A DNA stretch of 64,000 nt. Origin: Tubulanus polymorphus. Lineage: Eukaryota; Animalia; Nemertea. Of the stretch, positions 12,518-23,992 are shown piece after piece. The notes below the pieces were generated by a model that was given only the letters and a program-made list of their open reading frames with translations, did no database searches and was not told where the DNA came from. The translations under genes and the position numbers were made by a program. Every line of letters begins with the position of its first letter. Position 1 is the first letter of the stretch. Location: contig NC_134032.1 in the NCBI RefSeq assembly GCF_964204645.1, positions 6,250,275 to 6,314,274 of the forward strand, read 5' to 3'.

Positions 12518-13680
12518 TTACGTATGTATATTACTTGTGTCATATGGAGCGCCATATCTGGCTTCGAACAGTCTCATTGCCTCATTGTAACCTTCATTTG
12601 GTGATAGGTGAACACAGCCACGTACGAGTTCATGTGGAGTACCAGTTGTAAAGGCTCTTAACTGTGTCAACCTCTCTCTGTCGGTGTCCGTCCATTTCGC
12701 TACATATTCTTCAAAATCAATCAGGAATTCTCGAAACCTTGTTTCATCACCGCTAAATTTCTCTGGTTCGGATTTCGGAAGACGCATCTGCTTTGTCAAG
12801 TCTCGTTGGGTGTCTGCAACGGCCGAAAGTGCCGTTCAGTAGCCTGTGTCATGGTTGTAGTGTGGGATGATCCGCTGACGTCAACAGCTACGTCATGGTA
12901 ATCGGTTCTGCCATTTCTTGGCACCGCTTCAGCTCGGGTTGTCTCTCTAGTTAATGACTCAACTTGTGGTGTCACTGCTGATGGTAGGTCAGATATACCT
13001 TCAACCCTTGTCATTTCTGGTGGCGATGACTCCGGTGGTGAAGTCTCCCTTTCTATGTCTGCTACTCTGTCTGTGATGATCTCAGCTCTGGGTGTAGACG
13101 TATTGGTATGCATTGAAGTTATTCGTTTTGGTAGAAATGGGACTGCGTCTGGATGAAGTTCACTTCTCTGTGGTAGTTCTATAATCATATCACCTTCCAT
13201 TTCAGCCATCGACTCAATCCAACCTGTGACCTCTGCTCGAAACTGCTCATAACCATCAGTTCTAGAGTCACAATATTCCTGGTCAGTTTCACGTTGTTTT
13301 ATGGTTAGCTTAGCTTCGAGTTGGTAGTTTGTGTGACACTCTAGAAATTTCTCAACCAGTTCATCGTACTTATTCAATTCGTGTTCGACTCTTTTTGTAT
13401 CAATACATGTTTCCATTAATCTTTGAAGCAAGTTTTTCTTTGCGGTAATGCGCCCGGTTAACACAGACCGACTGTGTTTCAACTGCTTTATATCTTTTTC
13501 TTTGTCTAATTTGCTTGTTGCTACTCGTCTGGTCGGCCTCCCATCACTAGTGGAAGGGCTCACGATTAATGCTGAACCTTCATTTTCATCGGTTTCAATT
13601 CCTCTGTCAGCATCTTGACTGCTCACTAAGTTTTCAGTGTTGCTCATGATTAAATCTATATCACCCTTTGGAGGCCTCAC
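12518..13680 (-). pseudogene. Pao gag N-terminal region (coiled-coil plus DUF1759-like), frameshifted at ~12797
   Basis: ORF track 12796-13680 and 12518-12799; PKSEPEKFSGD and GYNEAMRLFEARYG are typical BEL gag motifs. Confidence 0.8.
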
Positions 13681-13780
13681 GAAGTGCTCCCGAAATTATG
13701 TAACGGGTGTTCTTCGACGTTTATTTTCTAATGGGTTCGTGGTCCAAGGTCCAATCCGTTTACATACAGCAGTCTTCTTC

Positions 13781-14142
13781 TGTTCGAAAACATAGTGTAG
13801 TTGGCTCCATTAATGCGAAGAAGACCTTTCTTTAGGATTTATATTGGATTTTTAATATCGAGACATAACGAACATGAAATGATGAAATGCTGATCTGAAA
13901 TTAATAACATATAGAATTTAAACTCTGATCTTAAATAAATTTGAACACTGATCTTAGATTAATTTCCTATTTAAATCATTCATTATCATGATAGACTACA
14001 AATCAATTGTTAAACTTACATGTTTTTGACCAATATATTCTCGTTTAATACTCGTTTAATTGCATGAAATCTAATCTCTAAAAAGAATCGACGTGTCGCT
14101 CGTTGTTTCACAAAAGTTCTCATCCTAGATTTCGTTGTTACA
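13781..14142 (-). repeat. Putative 5' LTR of the Pao element (~360 bp)
   Basis: On the minus strand it begins TGTAACA (14142) and ends GAACA (13781), contains an ATTAAA, and lies just upstream of gag. The partner LTR is outside the window, so the ends are inferred. Confidence 0.4.
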
Positions 14143-14486
14143 CGTAACTCGTGATGAGGCTCTCTATGAGCTATTCGTACCTCTAACATATTTTCTTAAG
14201 GTAATGATGGGCAATTTATCGATCGACAGTTCAACTCATGCAGTTAATCCAACGGCTAAACAATATTTGACAATACAATTTGACTAATAAAAAGTTTCAG
14301 TTTTGATGCAGTAATTGTTTATTTCTTTAAGTACGGTTATGTGTGTTTCTTTCGAGCATAGGGTTCAGTCTTTTCATTCCATGCTAGACCACGTGGGTTT
14401 ATTATTGCTATTGTTTAAGTCTAGCAAAAGATATAGTCTGCGCATGAGCCGGTCTCTTGTGAAAAATAAATTCGCCGTGCGACGAG

Positions 14487-16179
14487 GGTTAGACCTATTT
14501 CCTAGACGTGGGTCCGAGGTGTCATGGCGTCATAATGATTTCACTTTAGGACGCCCTACCCGCCTGCTGCGCACTCATAAGGCGGTAGCACCCTCTTACG
14601 CACTCGGCAGAGATTCGCTTTGTAATGCGCGCCGGGAAAAAATACCTTTTACTATCTTTTCCATGCGTTTAAACAACAGTGATTGAATTTACGCGTTGTT
14701 TGTCGTAAATTGTAATATTGCGATGGTTATTTGCCGCAGCTGTAGTTTTTTGGAATTGAATCAAGCGGCCTCGGTAGCTCAGTGAGATAAGGCGTGATGC
14801 TGTTGAATCCACTATCAATTCTGAGTGACAAGTGGGTTTGAGTCCTGCTAGCTGCGAACAGTGCGGGCAACACTTCAAATGCCGTACCGTCGTGAAGTTA
14901 AATGAACAATCCAATAGGAATAGTCTTGGGAAACCAAGATCCAAACGACGTACGTAAAGTCAAACAAACAAAAAAACAAACAAACAATCATCAGCCGGCC
15001 TCAGTGTTACCTCTGTTGGGTTTATAAGTACGAATATAAGTATATAAGTATGAATATTTTTGTGTAGATTTTGTATCTGTATTATGTAGTCTATTGAACG
15101 ATCTGGTGTTTGTCAGGTTTACGCATCCATAATTCTTATCTGTCAGGTTTGGTATAAATGTGTGCATTCCCTGACCAGTACCAGTTAGTTCACCCCGTTG
15201 CCACATTAAAGTTATATTGAAGTCAAGTCTACATTCGTCGTTTTGTGTCGTTTGTCGTTGAGTATGGTGGATTTCGACCATGGCTGAAGGAGGCCGTAAC
15301 ACTCAGTGACAACAACGCCGGCATCGCTCTCTGCGACGTTTTGCATGCGTACATGCATCAGAGCTTGGAGCTCTAAGATCAGAGGATCTTGCAATTGCAT
15401 TCAGAAAAATCGTTCTGTTTTTGTTTTCATTATTCAGTGGGGCCTAGCAGTTCATTCGTAAAAATGGGTTTTTGTATCCAAATCTTTATTGATATAAATA
15501 TTTTGGCTGGGAGACGATGGAAAACATGAAGTTAGACTAGTTTCGTCTTTTTAACAGAATCGCATTAATTAGGTTTAACAGTACAATTAGCCTAGGCTAA
15601 ATCGTTCGGCAGAAACTATATTCATTTTCTGGAATAAAATCGTACTAGACAAACAGACCTTTAAGTCTGTGGTCCTCCCAATCAACATCGTCATAGAAGA
15701 TTTGCCGGCAGATGAAAAACATTATAACCACTTAATCCCACAGTATAATCTACCAATGCTTCAAGGTCCATGGGCCTCTTGTTTCTTTGTAATTGATTGA
15801 TTGGTGCCACTGTTTTTGTATTGTTTTGGGTTCTTCAAAATAAGCCCCTGGAACAAACCTCTGAAATTCTTGTTGGAATTACCCCCTCCCTATACCCCTC
15901 CCCCAAGTGGGCGCCCTAGAGCAGTAGGAGCTTGCTGACCAGGCTGAGAGGATGTTAACGGATCATTAACAAAACAATCATTCTGACAAAATCATCTTTA
16001 CAAAATAAAACATTGACAAATTGCATTCAATTGACCCTTGCTCAACGGAAACACGTTCTCGGTTGACAGGGACTCGAACCCGATCGCACCGCTTGAATAC
16101 GTCATTGATGACGTATTCGTATGGTGACGTCAATGCCGCAATGACACCTCGGACCCACGTCTAGGAAATAGGTCTAACC
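14487..16179. mobile_element. Non-autonomous TIR DNA element (~1.7 kb), superfamily unassigned
   Basis: ~40-bp TIR GGTTAGACCTATTTCCTAGACGTGGGTCCGAGGTGTCAT at both ends; flanking CGAG direct repeat (14483-14486 / 16180-16183). Confidence 0.75.
14765..14990 (+). mobile_element. tRNA-derived SINE
   Basis: A-box-like TAGCTCAGTGAG, B-box-like GGTTTGAGTCC, body shared with the copy at 47865-48057, (CAAA)n tail. Confidence 0.8.
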
Positions 16180-19100
16180 CGAGTTAATTCCCTAGGGCGA
16201 ACTCTTTTATCAGATCGGAGAATCCGTTTGCCTCCAATCGTACTCTTTTATTGGTCACGTGACTTTTTGGAGTCTCCGAAACCTCCTTTCTGTCGAGGTG
16301 GTGTGATTCGGATTTTGTGTGGAGCCAACCGGAGATTTCGGACGGAGACATCGGAGGTCATAAAAGAGTACGCCCCTACAAACTTTACCCGACGACCTTG
16401 AGATATGTCCCATGTATTAGTAAAAATAGGACTGCTCCGGAAATGTCAAATCAGGACAGTGTCTCAGTAACATTGCCAATTCAACTCTATTTATATCATC
16501 AGGTTCAAATCCCAGCAATATATTTTATCCAGTTTCCATAATTCCCTTCAATTTGTTTGCGGTTGTTGCAGAAACCCTTTCTCTCTGTTCGTCGCTGTAT
16601 TCATTGTTATCATCACAGGGCAAAGACCATTATGACAACACAGCCGAGCGCTTATATCTGCATGATCCGTTTGGTTGACACACTTATTCGACTGACGTTT
16701 GGGTCGAACTTGACTTCGGGAAAATGATTGAAATCAATGATATCGTCACGCGCGGCACCGTGCATCATCCAGGAAGAAAGCCACTACATATTTGGATGGA
16801 TATATGAAAGCTGTGGGTACTGGAGTGTGTAATGGGTAGTGTAGTGTGATCTGTGTGCATTTTGGTGGCCAGCACACAGATCACATTGTTCATTGGGGTT
16901 TAGTCCAGGACTCACGAGATTTTCAACAACACAGAAGTAACTTGTAATAAATGATGACTTGAATTGCATGACTACCTACCACCCCTCATTATTGTTGGAA
17001 AACTAAACGTTCCGCACTGACTAAAAATAAGTAATAATAATCAATAACATTTTAGAAATGGCCAGAATTTTAACTTAGGTTCTATCTCATTTTTATTTTA
17101 CAATTGCGATTGGTATAATTTTTCTTTAAACGGCCGTTAAGGCTTCATGTTTCGTCTGTAATTCACTGCAAATAGTTACGCAACCACGCACATTTCAGTG
17201 TTTTTGGCAGCTGTACACTCAATCGGCACCGTTCGTGACTAGCTTCACTGCGGAATTATCATTAATTAACATCGCCATATCACATCATCAACTTATATTG
17301 AGCCTTAAAACCCTAACACCCGAAATAATTGAAATGCACACACGATTTCTATCATTGAAAATTGAGAGAGTGGCCGTGTTTGTGTTCTGCTGCTTCGCGT
17401 AAATCCCGCGGGGTGGCGCCACCGCGCGGAGTGGGGCCGATACGTCTAGGGACGTTTTGGGTTCAGGAATATCGTCTGAAATACAAGGACAGAGGCGATA
17501 GTTGGTATTATGTCACGAATGAAGATGGTAGTCCCAGATGGTGGCTATTATTTGCGCAATAGCTATTGTGAAACTGAGAATGAATGGGGAACTGCAATTA
17601 TACTAGTTTTCCTGCCAGGTGGCGTGATGAGCAGTCTTACAGAATGAGTTCATTATCGATTTAAACTAGACTCCTGAATCCATACGTTATCACAGTACAC
17701 ACATACACACCAAATACACTTTTGATTCATTTTTCTAGTCAGTAATTGGGATAGCATTCGTTGATAATTGATTTAATTTACGAACCAATTTCGTTCAAGA
17801 TTTTGACTGGATGTAGAAGAAATTGAACACGGAAGACCAAGTTTACTCGTGACACCCGGTGGGTCCTTGTTTGTCACTAGGGGAATCTTTGATTACCACA
17901 GTAGCGTTGGAAATCCCCTTTTAAACCTATATAGAAATATGTGACCGCAGACAGAAAAGGTTTTATAAATAATCACTTGTAAAAGGCGCCGAAAAAACCC
18001 CCTTATATACGAACTAATGATACAATACCAAACGCCTTCCGAGGTTCACAAATAAGACAGGTGTTTCGATTGGTGTCAATCGGAGGCGTCAGAAGAGGAT
18101 TTTCTCTTCTGACGCCTAATTGTTTCGACCAGAATATGCGCGCGACCCATTCCGGAATTGGATAATTTGTAAACCTGAGAAGCGGTCGGTAGAAAGTTCG
18201 TAATCCGGAATTGATATTCTTGACTCGGAAAATGTTCGATCGAAATCTGTCTAAGGAGGCTATTTCATGAAGTTCGAATATACATTTCTCTGTTGAAATT
18301 ATAAATCAAGAGGTATAGGCGATACCTTTCCTATTTAAGTACTCATCGGACAAATCAAGTCAAGCTAGGGTCAATCATACGTAACATAATAACAAAAATC
18401 AGAACAAAATTGGCAGCACTAGGTATATTGTTATTAACCCTTGGAGAAAATACGATTAATATTAACTTTACAGATAATGAACGACTTTGTATGGTTTCAA
18501 CTATTTTCTGCAAACTCAGATCCCCGCGGAGAAGTACGTCATGCCGTGTATTTAACGGCGACGGCGCAACGAAAACTAAACGATGCTGTTTCGTCGAGTT
18601 CACTGACCAGCCGCACGTCACTGGGATGAGACTCCTGGTCGAGGGCTGTTTTGCCCCGAGGGAACGAAAACCATGCGAACCGAACGTCGACCTCGTAAAA
18701 GGGACGTCTTTATCTGATATAAAAGTTGCCCATACCGCTAGCGATAAGAATTTCGACGTTATGAGCCAATGAGAGTAAGAAGCTATTTAATGATTTTCTT
18801 ATCTAGCATTCCATGCACAAGTAAGATTCCTTGAGTTCATTAATCGTGCTGAGTTCTACTATTTTTGGATCGCCAAAACATTCTTTAAAAATCAGAAGAT
18901 TGGGGCCTGTTTTACTAACCCTTAGAGAAAATCCATCTCCTTAGTAGTCTTCATTCTTTTCTGGTCAAACTTCGCGGGAACGCTGGGTACCACCACGAAC
19001 CACACCACCAATAATGATGTGATGTTGTGCACCGCGATTCATAAACTACTCATTGCATCAACGTATGGAATCATTATTGTAACGGTTTTTATGGCGTACG

Positions 19101-19529
19101 AAACATGACTATTCATCACGTTTTAGAAAATAATGTTGGCGTTTAGTGAGCAGTGGCAGCGTTACTTTGACCTGTGTGGAAATATTCATTAACGGTTTAA
19201 ACGGCGTCAATTAAACCATCCATTGACTAATGATTATACGTTTCGAACGCATTTTTTATAGAACGGAAAACATCTGAATGTAACAGCCGATCGTCTGTAC
19301 TTCGACGACCCGTACGGATGGGATATTTACGCCGCTAAAGTTTGGCTGGAATAAGACTTCCGTAGAACGGATGAAATTCACCCGATCGTCACCAAAGGAA
19401 CGATCCACCACATAGGCGTTATCTAGGTCAGAGAATACCATCTGAAATACCAGAAACCGGGAAACGATGATAGATGGTATGATTTCACAGATGGGAACGG
19501 GAATCCCAAGGTAAAAGTGATCGAATCTT

Positions 19530-19903
19530 TATGGCTTTTCCGACCACATTTCCACCAATTTGTCTTCTTTCAGTGTATCCCATGCCGATTCTTGTTCGTC
19601 TGTCGGGGCCGCAATTTTGTGAATGCACATGATTTCTATCTTGGCGCTGATTAGCTGTTTTTGATTGGATTCGAAGCGATTCGTCGCTAGTAGCCACACA
19701 CTACGCGATTTGCTGCCGATCCTCGGTGACCTTCGGCGATCTTGTCGCCGAATATCTAGCATGCCAGATACTGAGCGATCTTGTCGCCGGCGACGAATTG
19801 TCGGCTGACAATGGTTGCCAGTGACCGCACACTAGGCGACTTCTCGGCGATTTTGTCGCTTGCGACGAAAATTGCCGAGAAATCGCCTAGTGTGCGCCCG
19901 GCT
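19530..19903 (-). mobile_element. PIF/Harbinger end fragment with the start of a MADF/SANT-like ORF
   Basis: Terminus AGCCGGGCGCACACTAGGCGA with an internal inverted copy. Minus-strand translation WDTLKEDKLVEMWSEKP resembles the MADF N-terminus (W..EEKLIELW.E.P). Confidence 0.6.
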
Positions 19904-19929
19904 TTTACAATGTCGGTTACAAACTTGGT

Positions 19930-20098
19930 TATCCAGACATCCGGTCGTCCGGCGGTCATCCAGTCGGCCGGCGGCCGTCCAATCATCCAGTCGGCCGGTT
20001 GTCCAGTCATCGAGTCCCTCAGTGATCCAGTCGGCCGGTCGTCCAGTCATCCAGCCGCCCAGTCATCAAGTCGGCCGGTCACCGATTCATCCAGTCAC
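19930..20098. repeat. GC-rich minisatellite (units like CATCCAGTCGGCCGG..GTCCAGT)
   Basis: About 6 degenerate 20-27 bp tandem units. Confidence 0.75.
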
Positions 20099-20950
20099 CT
20101 AGGGTTAAAACATTAAAAATGAACTAATTCTAACTTAAAACTTAATCGACAACAGTAGAACTGGGTCCAAGAGTTATAGCAGTTAGGGCAACCTCATCTA
20201 GTATTCAGACACGATCAACTCGGACTTTTGGCTTACCCTCCTATTAACCGTCTTCCAATCGTCTCTTTCTTAACCGCCCTAATTTTGACCATTAACTATG
20301 CCGACTGAGCGATCCGCCGGAGTTACTAAGATGTCATGATGATAACATAGCTTATTATTTACCTATGAACACTGAACTCTGCAAAATGATTATTTTGAGA
20401 GGAAAAAAGCCGAATCAACGATAGCGAAATTTTGGGAAAATGGCTTCTAAATTTTGCGCACCCGCCCACTATGGAATCGACTGCCCATAGTCAGTCATAT
20501 TAGAACAAGCCTTACAGACAAACCTTTTAAAACTAATCTTAAAAGTTAAAAATCAACCTATTTGTCTTTATTGTTGTGCAAAGATTAGAGTTGATGTGTG
20601 ATTATTTTTATCATTATGACAGCAGGAAATTCTGCCGAACGGAAAACCCTGACAATGCTTATATAGTGCGAAAATTCCAGCTATACGCTTTTAAGAAATA
20701 ATACAAATCAATTCATATTTCACTTCAAATTTTCAGATATTCGCAGGTAACACCGGCACCGACGCACTTGGTGAAGTACGTCACAGAGTGCGTTTAACAG
20801 CGACGGCGCTACGGTTGGAAGCGACGAAGACAAAACGCTGCTGCTTCGTTCAGTTTACAAATCCGCCTCACGTCACCGGTACGAGACTCAAGGTCGAGGG
20901 CTGCTTCCAGAAATAGGAAATTGACGTTACATATACATGTCCCCGTTATG

Positions 20951-21147
20951 TATGGTGGCTGATTCGGGACATACTAAAAAAATTGTATGTACGGCTACAG
21001 CAACTACAGCAAGGAAATTTTCACATTGGCCCGTTTTTGGGTTTTCTCACGCGAGAAAACCAAAAGTCAAAAAACGGGCCACTGTGAAATGTTTTTAACG
21101 TCGCTCTACAAAAAACTTTTTTAGTATGGCCCGAATCAGCCACCATA
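20951..21147. mobile_element. Fold-back MITE (~200 bp)
   Basis: TIR TATGGTGGCTGATTCGGG(A/C)CATACTAAAAAA; nested internal inverted repeats; flanking (C/T)GTTATG duplication. Confidence 0.8.
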
Positions 21148-21573
21148 TGTTATGATATGATGTAATAAAGAATTGAAAAATATCAAATGAAACCGAAAAG
21201 TTGTGGCTAATTCTAGTAGATCTCTCACTTGCCAGGCGAGTGCTTTAACAATTTTAGCAATCGGGGCAACTGACAAATTCTAACTTTTCCTTTAATTCTT
21301 TAGTCCAGGCCAAGTCAGGTCCAGGGAATACGAAATGCAGACGAGGATTTAGCAGATAGTCCTCCACATTGTGTAGGCCTACTTACTCGAGAATGTTTCA
21401 TAATTTTGGAAGGCTCTCAAATCTGCCCCCTGAACAGCCTCTGGAAAGCTATCCACAATGATCTCAAATTCACTGAACGATTTAAAACAATATTTACAAT
21501 ATCGCGTTTGGGTGCGAATAGTATTAGGTCACAGAAGGACATGTGGAAGGAAACCTGGCTTTAACTTCACTCA

Positions 21574-21604
<31 letters not shown>

Positions 21605-21671
21605 GCGCAGCTAGCTGCGTTAACTAATGTGAATTGCAGGACACATTGAACATCGACACCTTGAACGCACA
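21574..21671 (+). pseudogene. 5.8S rRNA gene fragment (~98 nt, truncated at both ends), dispersed copy
   Basis: GTGGATCACTCGGCTCGTGCGTCGATGAAGAGCGCAGCTAGCTGCG..AATGTGAATTGCAGGACACATTGAACATCGACACCTTGAACGCAC matches the conserved metazoan 5.8S core. No ITS, 18S or 28S context. Confidence 0.92.
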
Positions 21672-22295
21672 GTCCTGGAAGTGGTTTTATCCACAGTGCT
21701 TTACCACGCCCTACCATCCTGGAGTACCTAACTGTGGGTAAAGGTTGCCACGACCGAATGCGTTTCGTCTAACTCGTTAGGGTAGTTTGTATCCTTCACT
21801 CTGATGTATTTCATATTCTTTCACCCGTTACAATAATGGGTATTACTTGTGACAAAGGTAGGAAAGAGGTAGAGACGGAGAAGGGAAAACTTCCGCCTAT
21901 GTAGGTAGTTTTATCACAGTGCTCAACGGCGCTCTGCGATCCTTCTACCCATGTGCGGTACACTGATGACATTAAATGCTCTGCATACGCGCTCAATTTT
22001 CAGTTTTCATCAAATCTCTACCGGAAATCTACCAGTCTTGAATACTTAACTTGTCCTTTTCAATGTCCATGGATCCGTGGATCTGTTCCTAGATATGCCC
22101 TTCTATCATATTTGAAATATGAAATTGATTGATGGACAGGTCATTTATAAACGAAGCTGTCGTGTCAAGCCCCATGGGACTCTTATTAAGCGTTCCTAAT
22201 AGATTCAAAATTAGGAGTAGAATAACGAAACCCTATCTTTTTCTCCTTAAGTGATATCTCTTCTGTGCATGTTTGCAGTCCCGACTTTACCATCG
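21672..22295 (-). mobile_element. Probable Penelope-like element 3' remnant (GIY-YIG C-terminus, 3' extension, degenerate hammerhead-like motif)
   Basis: Minus-strand LLILNLLGTLNKSPMGLDTTASFIN resembles the PLE endonuclease tail LIF.LGTL.P.GLN..FSF. Partial direct repeat at 21681-21720 / 21905-21943. Motif ACTACC-CTAACGA-GTTAGAC-GAAA-CGCATTC-GGTCGT at 21786-21750. Confidence 0.5.
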
Positions 22296-22333
22296 GAGTT
22301 ACTAATAAGTAGCGCCACCTGGTGGATCCTCAC

Positions 22334-23557
22334 TTTTTAGCCCACTTGGGACTTTAGTCCCAGCGGGCTATGCGTTCACTTTTCGTCCGTCCGTTCGTCC
22401 GTTTGGACGTCCGTCCGTCCGTCCGTAGACGGAATCCAGTTATTTTGGGAAGTTTTGAAGACGCTTCAATGTAATGTCTTGATATTTGAGTTACACATGT
22501 ATCTACCCTAAACACATCTTTAGCCCAAAAACTGGCCTTCTCAGATTCAAGATGGCCGACTGGCAGCCATTGTTGTTTGCGCCAAAATCAGCACTTTTTA
22601 TACGTTTTTGAACTTTTTGAGGGAAATTTTGAAGACGCTTTGATCAATTACCTTGATCTTTCGTATATATTTGAATCCCCCAGGGCCCATTAGCATAACA
22701 AAAAATTGGGTCGATCGGACTCAAGATGGCCGTCCTATGACCTTTTTAGTGCCCAAAATGTATCCATTTTGGCCCGAATTCTTTGGAAAGGGCTGTTTTA
22801 TACCTGAGATAGGTATTTTTGATCAGCCAATTATGACGAAATTGGCAGCCATCTTGGTGTTATAGGTACTTATTCGTAGGTGGGAAAAAGTTTTTCGACA
22901 TTATATTGATACCTAAGCATATTTTGTTACCGCAATGAATTAGAAAGTTGTAGATTATAAGGTGTTCTATGACTCCGAAGAGTTTCAAGGTCATTAGTGT
23001 TTGTATATGGCCACCAGGGGGCTTTGAATAATACGTTATCTTAGTATTTCTATATTATATTTGTACCAATGCATATTTTGTTACCACAATCAATTGGAAA
23101 GTTGTAGCTCATGACATCACCTATGATTGTGATCTGTTTTAAGGACATTAGTTATTCTATATGGTCACCAGGGGGCATTCAATAGTGGAATAACTTAGTA
23201 TTTCCTTATTATATTGGTGCATAGGCATATTTTGTTAACAAGATCAATTGCAAAATTGTAGTTCATGGCATATTCTATGATTGTGGCGAGTTTCAAGGTC
23301 ATTGGGTTTTGAATATGGTCACCAGGGGGCGTTGAATTGTAGAATAACTTAGTATTTCCATATTAAATTGGTAACGAGGCGTATTTTGTTATCACAATCA
23401 ATTACAAAATCGTAGCATATGACATGTTCTATGATTGTGGTGAGTTTCAAGGTCATTGGTTTTTGTATACAGGGGGCGTTGAATATTGAAATTGTTAGAT
23501 TGTTGAGCATTTGAAACCACTTCCCAAGTGGGCATGGTGTCCCTGGACCTCTAGTTT
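22334..23557 (+). mobile_element. HINE/DINE-like (Helentron-associated) non-autonomous element, copy 1
   Basis: Starts TTTTTAGCCCACTTGGG, has a (GTCC)n microsatellite, ~4 internal tandem core repeats (GGTCACCAGGGGGCGTTGAAT), sub-terminal inverted CCCAAGTGGGC, and ends CTAGTT. Highly similar copies elsewhere in the window. Confidence 0.85.
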
Positions 23558-23884
23558 GAGTAATTAATAACTTCATTTACTGCGATTGTTTTTACATTAT
23601 ATATTCATACAATAGGTTATAATATGTACATGTAAATTCAAATCGTTACAATGACGTAGGTAAATATAAAATATAAGAACAAACCAGCGAGGACGATACA
23701 AAAAAGCTTGGTGCTTGTGTTTGCACCGCCCACCTGAGTTACAAAAGAAAAAAAAACAAAGAGAACATGATAAAGAAAAAGAAAAAACAAAGAGAATCTA
23801 TGGGAAAAAAATATATCATGACAAAAAACTTAAAAATATCATTAACACATTGTGATTCTATAGCTTATAACAATGTTATCGAAC

Positions 23885-23992
23885 AACATACATATACATA
23901 CATATACATATACATACTTTCATACACATAAAGACATACATATACATGCACATACGCATATTACACACATATACATATACACACATATATAC
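23885..23992. repeat. (CATA/TA)n compound microsatellite
   Basis: Directly visible. Confidence 0.8.

Larger units (their letters stand above)
16619..20916 (+). pseudogene. Decayed gene with two tandem F5/8 type C (discoidin-like) domains. Exon remnants ~16619-16773 plus ~17442-17540, ~18500-18742, 19262-19510 and 20737-20916
   Basis: Translations follow the FA58C pattern: A.RL..GW..W.E.DF..I..IVT.G..WV.EY.LKY..W..(intron)..F.(G/A)N..VRH..A..LR..R(L)..EGC. In-frame stops at 16676 (TGA), 19352 (TAA) and 19424 (TAG); a deletion/frameshift at ~18568; a mutated acceptor at ~18500. The phase-0 intron 19511-20736 has GT/AG ends. Confidence 0.7.

Noticed and set aside
14765-14850. tRNA gene
   Set aside because: A/B boxes are present but I could not form a cloverleaf; it is followed by a SINE body and (CAAA)n tail, with a second copy elsewhere.
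16317-16541. Upstream exon of the discoidin-like gene
   Set aside because: A weakly similar peptide (CSGNVKSGQCLSNIANSTLFISS) exists, but its donor phase does not match the next exon, so it was not called.
17405-17448. Helitron 3' end (GC-rich hairpin plus CTAG)
   Set aside because: CTAG is not followed by T and overlaps the resumed discoidin reading frame, so the A/T target rule is not met.
19756-20116. Several overlapping 70-110 aa ORFs
   Set aside because: They arise from GC-rich Harbinger terminal repeats and a minisatellite.
21574-21671. Functional 5.8S rRNA gene or rDNA unit
   Set aside because: Truncated at both ends and lacking flanking 18S, ITS and 28S.
22900-23500. Regularly spaced GGTCACCAGGGGGCGTTGAAT motifs, superficially CRISPR-like
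   Set aside because: The intervening sequences are homologous to each other (tandem cores of a HINE-like element), the context is eukaryotic, and there are no cas genes.
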